Assembly: GCA_048013815.1 (NCBI GenBank)
Contig: CM106585.1
Location: forward strand, 1,984,001 to 2,048,000
DNA length: 64,000 nucleotides
Source of the DNA: Setoptus koraiensis
Lineage: Eukaryota > Animalia > Arthropoda
Reading direction: 5' to 3'
The first letter of the stretch is position 1. The number at the start of each line of letters is the position of its first letter. The notes under the pieces were generated by a model. The model did not search any database. It was not told where the DNA came from and saw only the letters and a program-made list of their open reading frames with translations. Below, in pieces: positions 1 to 12,886 of the stretch. Made by a program: the position numbers and the translations under genes.

Positions 1-197
1 TTTGTTGTTTGTGTGTCCGCAACACTGCAAAGTGTTGCCGTTGCTCATCGCCGGTCATCACATTAACTGCAACCAGAACCATATTGTGTTATTGCTTGCC
101 AACACATACCAACGCACAATTTGTTGAACGGCTTGCCATGGACATTGTATCACACAATTTGTATGGCATGGACTCCATGCCATGGAGGCGCCTCAGC

Positions 198-253
198 GTC
201 CAACCGACTCTGTCCAACCGACTCTGTCCAACCGACTCTTTCCGACCGACTCT
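198..253. repeat. 14-bp minisatellite (GTCCAACCGACTCT)x4
   Basis: Three perfect units and one degenerate unit. Confidence 0.9.
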
Positions 254-1199
254 CGCCACCTGACCGACAGAGGGCCGGCGTGCGATAGAACGAAGCGACG
301 GCCGGTTGCATCATTGTAGTGGTTTTAAGCGCGCATCAATTATCAATTATCAATACACACACACACCACGGCAAGTTGGTTGCGCCAAGTCGAGTTTGAA
401 AGAGTGTGCCGTTCAAGACAAAAGGCTGGCTGGCACCATTGTGTACTGGCCGGTGAGCTCACGAGAAAGAAAAAGAATAAATGATAAGCATAAAGAGAGG
501 GGATAAAGAAAGAGATGCTCTCAGAGCGAGTCGTCTTAGCGGCCGCTGGTCGTGGCCGTTTATGAAAGGAAACTATTGGCAAGAGGCAAATTTATACTCG
601 TTATGTAAGCTTGCTTGCGTTGCGGCGCTGGCTTGTCGCTGCCAGTTGTGGCTTCGATTTGCGATTTTCGGTTCTCGCGTCTCGAGTCTCGATTCTCGGC
701 TCTTGATTCTCGGCTCTCGATTCTCAAAGCTTGATTCTCGATTCTTGATTCTCAGAGCCACTATGGCCAGTGCGAAACAAGCCAGCAATAATGCATGTTT
801 TATGCATCCCAAACGCTCGATGAGAGCCAACATAAAAGCAGCAGCATAAAGTAGCTGCTGCTGCTGCTCTAATCATTTTGCTAATTCGTTGCAACTTAGC
901 GCCATTACGTAACAACAAGCAAGCCAAAATTGCTCCCTATCTGCATCGCATTGCTGCCGCTGGCCAACGCAACCGGCTACCTGTTGCATGCGTTACCTGT
1001 TGCCTGTTACCTGTGTCCGGCGATGCTGGCGCTTGTGGCGAATGGCTGCGTTGCGCTGTTTTGTTGTGAGAACTTTAATAACAATCATCGCATACAATTT
1101 GATCCTTTGTTCCACTTTATTCTTTACTGTTGTTGCTGTTGTTTCTGGTGGCGTTGATGGCGCTCGCACAATTGATCTTATCGATAAGTTATCGCGCAC

Positions 1200-1285
1200 C
1201 CAACAACAACAACAACAGCAACGTCCACAACAGCAGCAGCAGCAGCAACAACAACAACGACAACAACAACAACAGCAACAACCGC
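1200..1285. repeat. (CAA/CAG)n microsatellite
   Basis: Seen directly in the sequence. Confidence 0.9.
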
Positions 1286-2260
1286 AAGCCGTGTATTGGG
1301 TATGTTACGGGCACAACATGCGCAATATAAATGTATATGTAAAGTTTAAACATTGCCGTTCAATTGTGCCAGCAATCAACAAGACAATATGCGCACCACT
1401 GACACCAGGGCACCCCGGCTGGCAATTGTTAGTGGCAACACAACAATACTCTCAATCTATGTGTGCCGAATGCCTATTAGCGAGTCACCTTAATTGAGCA
1501 AACAATCGCAGCCACCAATTACCTGTCGCTGTCTATAAACGGCGCCAAGAGCTCGCCAGAGCGAAACAACTTGCAGTTCGCATACTTACGCAAGTGGCTA
1601 GACTAGATTTACTAGACCTATATGGATTTATGTTTGTGCTGCGGCACTTTAACTCGGCTCACAATTGGCCACAACATTGTCGATTGTGCCAATTGCGCGC
1701 GACGCCATATAAATTGATCATTATCGGTCTGTGCCTGTTCGTTAACCGGTTAACGAGGCTGTGCCGCGGTGTTACATAAGTGTGCCCAGCTCGTCGACAC
1801 TACTCGCACTGTGTGCATTCTACCGTAGAATTTCTACGTGAATCATCATAGCGCGTGGCTCCGTCCGAGAGGCGGCGCTCGTTGCAGTCGCGTTCATAAT
1901 ACACGATCACGCATATTATATTGTTTTGAATGCGCTCTGTCATCTGCAACCACTGCATCTATCGCCAAAGCCACAAGAGGCGCGCGATGCGCACTGCACA
2001 CAGGATGTGCCTCAAGAGCGCTCCAGCCTAGACCTGGCCACCTGGTGGTCACCTTGTGGCCAGCTGAACAACGCTCAAGACGAACGCTGGAGAGAGGGCC
2101 TCGGCTTTATTTGTGAGCAGTGTGCAACGTGGTGCGCGTACACAGGCCACTGGTCAGTGAGCATACATGAGGGAATCTTCCAGTGGACGAGCGTGTGTGA
2201 CCATTGTACGCATTTATATATATTTACATATATTTATATATATATTTATACATATGCATA

Positions 2261-2311
2261 TATTAGCGCGGATATTAGTGCAGATATTAGCGCGAATATT
2301 AGTGCAGATAT
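2261..2311. repeat. 12-bp minisatellite TATTAG(C/T)GC(G/A)(G/A)A x4, alternating variants
   Basis: Seen directly in the sequence. Confidence 0.85.
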
Positions 2312-3183
2312 AGGGTGCAGTGGTTCGCCAAGGTCTCGTGTGCACCGCGCACACGGGCACAGAGTGCAGGCCGAGATTACGCGTGCTAGCTTGTGTGGCG
2401 GCGGGTTTATGCACTGATTGTATGGTTATATATGGTGCGCACAGTGTGCGTTAAATTAGTAGTTAACATGCAACAAGTAGCGTGTGCTTAGGCACGAACT
2501 GTGCCTACGCAGCGCGTCCATTTTAAGCCGATGGGCTGGTTGTGTGCGTCGGGCAGCGGAGAATGTTGTTAACGTACAGCAACGTACGGCAATCAGTAGC
2601 AACTCGCGCACTTGATCCTCACACCCTATACAGCACACACACACACACAAGCCAGACAGACTGTACATAATACAGCTAAAGTGCGTGCGTGCTCGTCTGT
2701 GTGTGTGTGTGTGCGTCCCATTGTAGCATGTTTGTCAGCTTGTGCGTGCGTGTGTGTGTGTGTAAAAGCTAGCATGTGTGCGCAAAGCTAAACGCAAGAG
2801 CTCACCTTTGGTGGGGCGCATGCGCACAGCTTACCTGTTGATTGTTGTTTGGCTTTGGGCATGCTTTTTCTGTTTCGGTCTGTATGTCGTTGGCTGTGTG
2901 TCGTGCTCTGTCCTATCGTTGTTGTGTTTAGTAGTCGATTTTATTCCAGCTGAACGCATCGACGAATCGAGATTCATTTGAGCATTATTGTTATTCATCG
3001 TCACTACCCTCAATCGAGGCTACCCCAAACCGAGGCTACCCCAAATCGCCGCTACCCTCAACCATCGATCGTCAGCCATCAATCGTGAGCCATCAATCGT
3101 CGCCAGCATCAATTATCAATTGTCGCCAAGCTACAATCAATTGTGTTCGCAGCAGCAGCAACAGCAACAAGCGTCACCTCAGA

Positions 3184-4694
3184 ATGGATTTAACCCTGAA
3201 AAAAGTGCAGCAGCAACAGCAGCACCACCACCTAAATCATCAGCACAACAACCATCAGCACAACAACCAAAATCATCATCACAAGCAGCAGCAGCAACAG
3301 CAATCGCCCGACCAATCGCCCAGCCAGTCGCCCCAACAGTCGCCAGCAATGAAAAAGGTGAGACAGAGAACAATGTTGCCCTGCTCCTATTGCAGCAAAT
3401 CCTTCGATAGACCCTCGCTGTTGAAGAGGCACATTCGTACCCACACCGGAGAGAAGCCTCATATCTGTGATTTGTGCGGCAAGGGATTCTCTACCTCAAG
3501 CTCACTCAATACGCACCGAAGAATACACACAGGCGTCAAGCCGCACACATGTGACACCTGTGGCAAAAGTTTCACCGCAAGCTCAAACCTCTACTATCAC
3601 CGAATGACGCACAACAAGGTAAATATCCCAAAATCGCTAATTACTCACTAATTAATTAACAATGACGTTAATTAATGTCACTCAAACAACCAACCCAAAC
3701 AAACAACCAACCCAAACAAACAACTAACCCAAACAAATAACTAACATGACGCAACAAATCTTCCCAATCAATCCCGATAAACAGGAGAAACCCCACAAAT
3801 GTACTCTCTGCTCTAAGAGCTTTCCCACACCGGGCGACCTCAAAAGTCACATGTACGTCCACAACGGCAGCTGGCCATTCAAATGCCAGGTCTGCAATCG
3901 CGGATTCAGCAAACAAACCAATCTCAAGAATCACATGTCTCTTCACACAGGTAAGTCTCGACCAAAATCGCCCGCACCATCGTTATCTGTTCCTAGCGAC
4001 ACTCCTAACATCCTATCTCTCTCTCTCTCTGTATAAATATATCTCTAATATATATATATATATATATATAGGTGACAAGCCCCACAAATGCGAAGTTTGC
4101 GACAAACGATTCGCGCTAGCCTGCAATTTGCGCGCCCACATGAAAACCCATCTAGAAGAAACCAGCAACAACACTACCATTACAACTACAAACATGTCAC
4201 CTAATAATCACGACGAGGAATCAAGCACCGATATTGATATTGATATGGATGACCACGAAGAAGACGAAGAGCACGATGAAGAGGAAGAGGACGACATAGA
4301 AGAGCCCAATGTACAGCCAGACATTGTTGCCCCAGACGACAAGACATTGTCATCAAGTAGACAGCAACAGCAACACCACAACCACCATCACCACCAGCAA
4401 CAACAACAACAACATCAACAACAATCACCTGATCATCATCATCCACTGCAACAGGCTGCAGCAGTAACTGCAGCGGCCTCTCAACAAGCTGCCGCTCTTA
4501 ATATGATGCAAATAATGATGCAGGCCGTTAGTAATGGGGCCAGCTTTTCGCCGCCATCATTACCATCAACTGGATCACCACTAGATGCACTTCATTTGCA
4601 ACATCATCTACAACAACAACAACAGCAACAACAACTACTAATGGAAGTTTATCGATTCTTTCCAGCGCTTGCGTCCAACTATAGATTTGATTGA
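3184..4694 (+). CDS. C2H2 zinc-finger transcription factor, six tandem fingers, poly-Q/H tracts; exons 3184-3618, 3785-3950, 4072-4694
   Basis: Spliced frame gives six CxxC-x12-HxxxH fingers with TGEKP-type linkers ([21 protein letters not shown] ... [21 protein letters not shown]). GT-AG introns at 3619-3784 and 3951-4071 join the fingers in frame. Start ATG 3184 (MDLTLKK) is inferred; the frame is open from 3085. Confidence 0.93.
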
Positions 4695-7147
4695 GACTTT
4701 AAAATGATAACAACACAGAGATAGTAATTAATAATAATGTAAAAATGTGAATGTACATAGAATTAATATAATATTGATAAATAATGTATTATAATTATAA
4801 AAATGTTGCCAACAATTTTTGTGTTCGGCAACCTGTTCACATTGCGTCTATTTTCTGTATGATGTTTTCCAGGTGAGACAGTCTCAAGAATGTCACGTCC
4901 GCATTCTCGGCGTATCAAACCGATACTCAGGTCAGATCGTAGGAAGGTTACGAACGTATTGATCAACTTGATATCAACCCGAGTATCAAGTATAGCAACA
5001 CGTGCAGTTGTGCGTCGGTGGTTGGCAGTCGTTGGTTGCAAGTTGCTGTTGCTATACCCACTGGATGGTGCTCAACGCCGATAGCCTGCAGCCGACAGTG
5101 TTGTCGTGATCGGTCATAGGCCCCACGGCCACGTAAAACAGGTCATGATCTTGTGAGCTACCTGTTGGCATATCTGCATTCTCACATCTGTGCTCAATCG
5201 AATACTCAATTTGATGCGACCTTTGATAATCAAACGTGATAATTCGTTTATTTCCATTTATTTCATCACACACATAGATAGTGTGAGTATATACCACATC
5301 ATGTATAGCTCATATCGTCATTTGTGATCTGATCGTGCGTCGGGATGCTCGATGAGACAGCTTCAGCTGAGTGCGTTGAGAATCCGGCTGCGAAGAATTC
5401 GCGACGACCACCACTGATCTGATTAGAACTGGAACTAGAATATGAACTTGAATCGGCGCACAGGTATCCCCATAGCATGCCACATAGCCTCTTGGACAGT
5501 GTTGTGTAGGAGAGCTGCCGATGAGAGTGGCGCCCAGATAGTGGTGACGCGTGTGTGGTTAATGGCTGAGCAGCCCGTGTCCGTGGTTGCAAGCCGCTGG
5601 CCAGTGGCTGAGATGGTCAGTTAGATTATTGTGACAATCTGACTTACACACTTGGCTACCGTGCTGCTCGATTGTGCCGCTTGGCAGCGGCGTTTGCGTG
5701 GTCCAACTATAGATTTGATTGCGACTTGAGTCTGGTCTGTTCTCACCGCGGGCTCTAAACATTTGCGACCGACAAACAAAGTGATGCTATGATCCTGGGC
5801 TCGGGATGTCATGCGATGCGGGCTGGACAAAACGCAAAATGGTGCGTGTTATCCAGCAGTATCGGTGGCACTAGCAAAGTGAAATTTTCACTTGGAAAGT
5901 AATGCTTGAATTGTCCCTGAGTTGTTTAGTTGCGGAGAGAGGCAATTTGTCAGACCGTCAGACCGTCGGTCAGGCAGCATCATGAGCTACCTGTCGCTGT
6001 TGCTGCTGCTGCTGATGCTGTTGTTGATGCTGATGCTGTTGTTGGCGGTTGTTGATGGCGGCCACTAGTGGCTGACCTGGCAGCGAGCGGGGCAGCAGCA
6101 GTGGCCAGGGCTCTATGGACTGGTGCGTGCAAGTGTCAGATCTGGTGCAGACACTGCGCCAGACACAAACATAAATTGTGCAGCAGTGTTGCACCAACTG
6201 ACCATCATCTCACCTGTTGTTGAGCGGCAGTGGCAGCGACACGAACAACAGCAGCACCAGCAACAACAGCAGCAACAACAACGGCAGCAACGGCAACAAC
6301 AAAAAACAAGAAGCCATAAGAAGTGCAAAGATAAAACGGCGTGCTTTTATTGCGTGTCTGACATCAGTAGTTCAATTGGCGCTTGCGATTGCGTGCGATA
6401 TCTTGTTGTTTGTTATTGATATATTGGAATTACTTATTTGCCATTACCGCCATTAATGCTAGCCAGTCATCCAATCAGAGAGTGAGATCATTATGCTTCT
6501 GTTGCTGTCGTTGTTGCTGTCGTTGTTGCTGGCGCTGTTGCCGGTGCCACTGTTGCCCGAGTCGCCGTTTGTTGAAGACTGATATTACATCAGACTGTAT
6601 ACATCAGTGTGTGTGTGTGTGTGCGCGCATGAGGAGAACACTATGATCATTGCTCACTGACATGGTAGTTACTCGCATTTGCATGAAACATCTATTATGT
6701 GATACACGAATTATGTGCTCACCTGTGCGCTGCTCCCGTGAGCATTACACGGCCACCGATGACGTAATTGATGTTCCTCCGCTCTCTGAAAACTTGTACA
6801 ACTCTCTGTTGTGTTTGTAGACACAGGCACATAGGCATAGGCAGGCGGCCAGCGCACAGCAGAGAAGCCGGCCCGTGTGATTTATTCTAACCCAAAGGCG
6901 GCGCGCTGGCAATTAGTCAGCCTTGGGGCAAAGCTTGTTCGCTACTTTCGAGCTGGTTTGCTGGCGAACAGTATTAGTATCGCTAGTTTAGTATCGTTAG
7001 TGCGCTTGTTGCCGGCGCTGGCGTGTGTGTGTGTGTCTTATTCTACTTATTCCCACTTGCAACAGGCAAACTCGTACTAAAACTGGCATTCAAATTTATA
7101 TTTGTGTCTTGCGCTGCCATATTCAACTTGATTTCATACTCAGGCTC

Positions 7148-7220
7148 GATTTGATCCAATCCAATCCGATCCCATCCGATTTGATCCAATCCGATCCGAT
7201 ACGATCCCATTCGATCCGAG
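7148..7220. repeat. Degenerate 5-bp (GATCC/AATCC)n repeat
   Basis: Seen directly in the sequence. Confidence 0.8.
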
Positions 7221-8346
7221 CCAGACTCCGTTCTGGGCAGGTCGTTCGGCCGGACACAGTATCGAGACCAAGAGCGACCGATTGGAGCGTCCAAAAATCA
7301 ATGAATCGACAGCAAGCGACAGCCAGCGACAGCAAGCGACGGGAATAGCAATAGTGGCAGCGGATTGTAGTTCAACTTGGCGAACTTGGCAGCAGCATAA
7401 GCGAGCGATGAGTGAGCGACGCAACAAGCGGCCACCGAGACGACGAAAAGAGAATTAGCAACTTATGCGTGCGTCTGACTAGTGAGTTTGAGTAGACATT
7501 GCAATCGGCAGCAACTGATAAGCAACAGGTTGTCTTAATGGGTCCAATTACGATTGTGTGCACTGCATAATGGCAAGTATGTATGGCAAGGTGGATACAT
7601 TTTTTACTTTGGCTGCTGGGATGGCTGGTCGCCGATTCAATGATCAAACTGATCATTGAATCGGCGAGCGATCACACTGATTAGGCCCGCGAGATGAGAA
7701 TTGCGAGCCGTGATGCGGTTCATAAGTTACATGCTGCCGTTACTTGCACCACCACTAATACGCCACTACCACTGCTACCTGTGCACATAATGTAATGTAC
7801 ATGTAAATATTATTAATAATGTCAGATAGACACAACACTATATATAAATGTGTGTATCACATACATCAATATGTGTATGGCAAATGGCAATAAATAATCC
7901 ATCTCACAATCGCAAATCTTGAAATGCACAACACTGTTTGTGTGCAAGACCAGCTGAGTTTGGCCAATTATCGCCCCCATTTATTCACCTTGATCCGTGC
8001 ATGATTTGCATTGCTACACTTGTTGCACGGCAAGCTACTGGCGGGCTAATGCGAGCCTATGATCATAATCGCGATGATGATGATGATGTTGATGATGTCG
8101 TCGTTCTAGTATACGACTGTGTGTGCCACTGTGAATCACAGTCTGTGATAGCTGGCGATAGCTAGTGATAACTAGTAGACGCGACCACTACCACTGCCAA
8201 ATCAATTATGACGCCAAGCTTGACAACTTGCTGTGCTCAGCCGTTTGCGCAACAGCCAGTTGTTTCGCCGAGCATCGCTCGCGGCCAATGGCTGCTGGCT
8301 GCCGACTGGCTGGCTGGCTGGCTGGCTCGTTACCTGGCGGCTACCT

Positions 8347-8903
8347 GACTCTCGAATTGAGAGTCTCGACGGCTCGCTGGCTCGCTCGATAGCTCACTCG
8401 ACGGCTTACCCTTTGCATAAAACAACAGCCGTCGCATATTATCATTATCATTATCATTGCCATTGCTACTATTAATATTTTTATTTATATGTATGCATAT
8501 TCAAATTATTTCGCATTCGTATATTTGCCACTATAGGCTTGTGTCGTTGTCGAGCCACTTTGTGATTTGTGAACTGTGTGATCTGCGCCATTTGTGTGAT
8601 CCATGTTCACACAGTTGCCAATGTGTTGTCGTATGGTTGTGTGATCGCTCATTTGCTCGATCTCTACCACTAGAGATCGTCTATACACACACTGACAGTG
8701 AGCTATTCAAGAGCGCATATTCCAGACCGAACGCCGGCCGGCCGGCCGGCTCTCTCAGTGGTCGCATTCGGATCTGTTTGTGATCTGAATTAATAACCAG
8801 CCAGATGAACTTATCTCGCAATGGCATCTACGCTAATGAGATTTAATCCCAACCAAAGCCTTAGAGAGTAATAATATAATAACCATAATGGCAGCTAATA
8901 AGC
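8347..8903. repeat. Direct repeat copy 1 (557 bp), identical to 12886-13442
   Basis: Constant offset of 4539 bp; identical translated ORFs at 8457-8783 and 12996-13322; boundaries read from the sequence. Confidence 0.92.
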
Positions 8904-9099
8904 AAACAACTAATCCTATCATCTCTCTCTCTCTCTCTCTGTCTGTCTCTCTTCTTTTTTCACACATCATATCGTAACGCTAATATTCACAAACATGTAC
9001 ATGGTACCAAATAACTAAACAACCGAGAGCAACATGTAACAACTGAACATGGACTTAATAACATCAAAATCACTCGAATGAATAAATAAGAAAAACCTC

Positions 9100-10020
9100 A
9101 CAAATGCGCTCGCTGCCACAACGGCTTTCCCACACCGGCCGACCTCAAGAGTCACATACGTACGCTGTCCACAATGGGAGCTGGCCATTCAAATGTCAAG
9201 TTTGTAATCGCGCTGCCAGCATACACACCAACCTCAAGAATCACATGTCTCTCTCTCTCTCTCTCTTCGAACAGGTAACTTTTGTCGTCTATTTCTGTCC
9301 ACGCTGTTTACTCTACGCCCTGACATGTACGGCCCGCCGGCTCAATCACTGCTGCCGTTGTTGTTGTTGTTGGCCTGTTTTTAACCGGTCACACAAACTT
9401 TTGCCACTGACCACTCATCGGATAGTCGTCCATCCGGACCAATTGCTCAACAAGACCACTCTGCCAGAGGGACTGCACACGCATCGTCACCTGAGCTCGC
9501 TGGCCAATAAACCAACAAACAAGCATGCACCTGTTGTGTTTTACTGGTAACTATTCGCGCGCAATATTTTACAATAGTTTCCCGCTGTGAACCACGACCA
9601 TCTCGTCTGTCAGCAACGTAACCTCGGCCCGTCAACAAAAGCACCTCATCTACAGCCTACATTGATTGAGTCTATTTTTAGTTGATCTAATAATATTCTG
9701 ATCCTATCTCACCGTTCGTCTACGCACCCTCGTCTTCATCAATGTGTCTATTATAGGTGACAAGCCACACAAATGCGAATCGTTTGCGACAAGCGATCAT
9801 CTAATCGACACTATCGACAGCAACACCACGAGCGGCAACATCCACTGATGCGAGTTCATCAATTCTTACCGGCGTTGCGCCTAACTATAGATTGAATACT
9901 GGTTAATTTACTAATGTAATGTAGAAAAAAAAGTAAATGTACAAAAAATGATAATTTTGTATCACGAAAAAAATGTTTCGAACGATTTTTTGTTCGGCAA
10001 CTGGTTCAAATTGCGCGCAA
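9100..10020 (+). pseudogene. Decayed paralog of the 3' half (exons 2-3 and 3' UTR) of the zinc-finger gene
   Basis: Matches [32 protein letters not shown], tatag|gtgacaagcc (exon 3 start), the C-terminal aactatagatt and the 3' UTR (ttttgttcggcaac) of the 3785-4850 segment, with many indels and frameshifts. Confidence 0.8.
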
Positions 10021-10884
10021 TTTATATTGCGCTTCCCTCTCGTAAGAAGTGCTAGCGATTGTTCTGTGGGTATGATAAAGGTTATCAATGTTGTATTGTG
10101 CAGACTGTTCACGCTGTAGCCTGTGCCATCTACAGTTGAATAGCAGAAATAGTTGTTCGTGTGCTTGCGTGCGGTTTGTGTGGTGCTGTGATTGCGCGCG
10201 CAATATGAGTCACATCGACCCGTCGATAATGTCAGGCGATGCTTGTATTGGGCACCGCAGCGGCGTTTCGTGAAAGTATCGCTTCACCGACGCACAATAC
10301 TATTAGCCTGAGATTTTCTTTGCCGGCGTCGCGGTTCTTTCGCTGATAAATCACTTCATCGATGCTCAATTTCTTGATAATATTGACATGCATTCACGGC
10401 CAGACGCATGGCAGTAATAGTGTAACAGTGTCGACGAAAGCACAACGTCGACGAACTGATACACGGCCACATGTCCGATGCTGTGCAGTTAGGAACACGA
10501 GCAATTTTGTGCTGCGTGTGCACAGAGTTGCGGCACCGTCAGTAGAGTGCGGGTGCTTTGTGGAATTGCTCGTTGTAAATATAGTGAGTTGTGAGCCGAG
10601 CTTCAGTTATTTGTTATAGCAGCAACAGTATAGAAGATTATGGTCACCGTATAGACATTTCAGCATATAAACATATAAACATCATACATTGTACGTTATT
10701 TACAAACTATATACGATAATATAATCTACAATTCGTCCTATCGAGATACATGTAATAGAGGAGTGTGCCCACCCCCGCCCCCCTTCATTCATTCACAAAA
10801 ATATATATATATAAATATATATATTCATTTTGGAGCTGCCTGAAATAGCTTTGATATCTCAACTTGAGAGACGCCTGGCTCCAC

Positions 10885-12379
10885 ATGGAAGAGGTGCGTA
10901 CCTATTGGCAGGTGGCCAATGTATCTTATTTTTGCACTCTATTTAGGAGGACTTTCAAATTGCCAGAGTTTGATTTTCAGGATCTCGAAATTGCGTTTGT
11001 GAGCCCAATACCCGAATACAAGGACATTATTGATTTGGAGTCGGAGCAACAGCTCGATCATTTTCACCTTTTAGTTAAACTATCCATAGCACTACTCAAG
11101 CCACATTACAGCACTCGTCTGAGGTAAGCCCCCAATGATAAATGTTGCATGTGGAAATATCACTATTGATGCATCTCAGCATGTACCCAATATGATCAAT
11201 TTTCACTACGACCAACATACAGTCTCATCATATGATATCCGTCACGCCGACATTGTTAATCTCAATCGGCTAATCTAGTTTACATATATTATATTAAAAT
11301 TCCATTCTCACACCATACACAGCTACGCCAACTGGGAAAATTACCTCCGTAAATTCTTGGACAAACAATATGAGGAGGCCGAGAACAGGCGATCTCCGTT
11401 CCGAGTGCCCCTGTTGTCGCAGGATGGAGTGGAACTGATCAAGAATCTTACTTTCAATGAAATACCCCTAGGAGAAAAGATAGAAATAATAAATTCTTTA
11501 TGTGATTACAGATTGCGTTGCGATGATGCTGCCGATGCTCTCAAAGAATTCTCGCCGGACGATCTTAGATTGGAGAGTATTGGAGAAGATTCAAATGGTT
11601 TCATTTATTGGTACTTTTGTGGATGTCGCCTGTACAGAGAGGACAGAGAGGCCTCACACGAAATTATTAGGAGAACTTTTCGCACCGCTGAACTCAAATT
11701 TAGACTCTTGCAGTTGGAGAAACAACGTATTTTCAAGGAACAAGAAGAAAGGAGAAAAGCAAAACAATTGCTGGCGAAACAATTAGCAGCCGAAGCTAGA
11801 GAACAAAGTTTAAAAATTAAATTGCAACAGGACCAACAAGAGCAAGATCAAAAGCCTAAAATTAAAAAACAAAAACCAACAACGCCGAGAGCTGGCGTAA
11901 GAACTGGGCTACGTGAACGACGCTCCACGTCCACCGGTGGTAACTCATTAAATCCTACCTCAAGCACTCCTATTCAAAACGGTGATACCAAGAATAACAC
12001 GAAACACAAACAAGCAACACAGCAACAACAACCCCAGCTACCTAAGAAGAGCCCCGAAGAGTTATGCCGCGAAGAACTTGAAAATAATCTCATCTCTCTG
12101 GAAGATCGTACCGCTGCCTGGAATGTTGTTTGCGATTCAATTGAAGAGTGGGAAAGCTTTGTAGAAGAACTGAGCAAGAGTAAACAGCGCTCCGATAAGA
12201 TTCTCCTTAATTTAGTCGAACAGGAGCTTTTACCCAGGGTTCGTAATATATATACTAGGAAAATTCAAGAAATTAGGCGACGTGAAAAGGAACTGATTTT
12301 GGCGCTTATGCCAAGACGTGTATCTTCTAGGATGGTTTGTAAGAAAACAATCCTTGAGGATGACTATATATTGACATGA
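10885..12379 (+). CDS. CECR2: CECR2/dikar-like chromatin-remodelling subunit, N-terminal DDT/WHIM region only; exons 10885-11123 and 11323 to about 12379; bromodomain not seen
   Basis: EVRTYWQVANVSYFCTLFRRTFKLPEFDFQDLE, LCDYRLRCDDA..LRLESIGEDSNGFIYWYFCGCRLYRED and WNVVCDSIEEW...LLPRV...MPRRVSSR match the CECR2-family N-terminus as remembered. The phase-2 GT-AG intron at 11124-11322 restores the frame. Confidence 0.75.
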
Positions 12380-12704
12380 ATTTAAGTAAATTTATATCGT
12401 GATGATCCGTTAATTGATGTGCGTACGCTCCAATTCGTAGAGCTCAGTAAATAAGCTTTAAGAAACATTATTATAACTATGTCAAATATGTGCTAATCAA
12501 AAGTAGTTCTAGTAATTGGTTACGAAGTATTTTTTGATTAAATTGATTCGACAAACATGGAAATAATGGATTCAGGCCTCTGATGTTGCAAATTGTCGAC
12601 TCAAACAAGTGGCTTCTAATGAACGAGCAAATAATTCAATTTGGTCAAACTATACGCTGACTGCACATTGCCTGCCCACTAGCTGTATGGATCCAGGTGC
12701 GACA

Positions 12705-12886
12705 ATCTCAAGAATGTCACGTCCGCATTCTGGGCCTAGCTATCAACTTGATATCAACCTGAATATCAAATATAGCAACACGTGCAGTTGGTTGTTGGCA
12801 GTTGTTGGATGATAATTGCTGTTGCTATACTCGCTGGTTGGTGGTCATCGCCGATACCCGACAGCCGACAGTTATGTCGTGATCGG
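12705..12886. repeat. Diverged copy of about 4870-5113
   Basis: Shares ctcaagaatgtcacgtccgcattct, tcaacttgatatcaacc, tatagcaacacgtgcagttg and gtcgtgatcgg with 4883-5113, with an internal deletion and substitutions. Confidence 0.85.

Noticed and set aside
1-3100. Many 60-170 aa ORFs on both strands
   Set aside because: Driven by microsatellites (CAA, TG, TA) with no domain motifs; treated as non-coding upstream sequence.
3184-4694. Naming the zinc-finger gene (Gfi/senseless, Snail/scratch, Fezf/earmuff, glass)
   Set aside because: The finger sequences do not match those families as I remember them and there is no SNAG motif, so the symbol is left empty.
6483-6505. tgagatcatt matches the 5' end of the bantam miRNA
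   Set aside because: The match stops at 10 nt and no convincing upstream star arm or hairpin is present.
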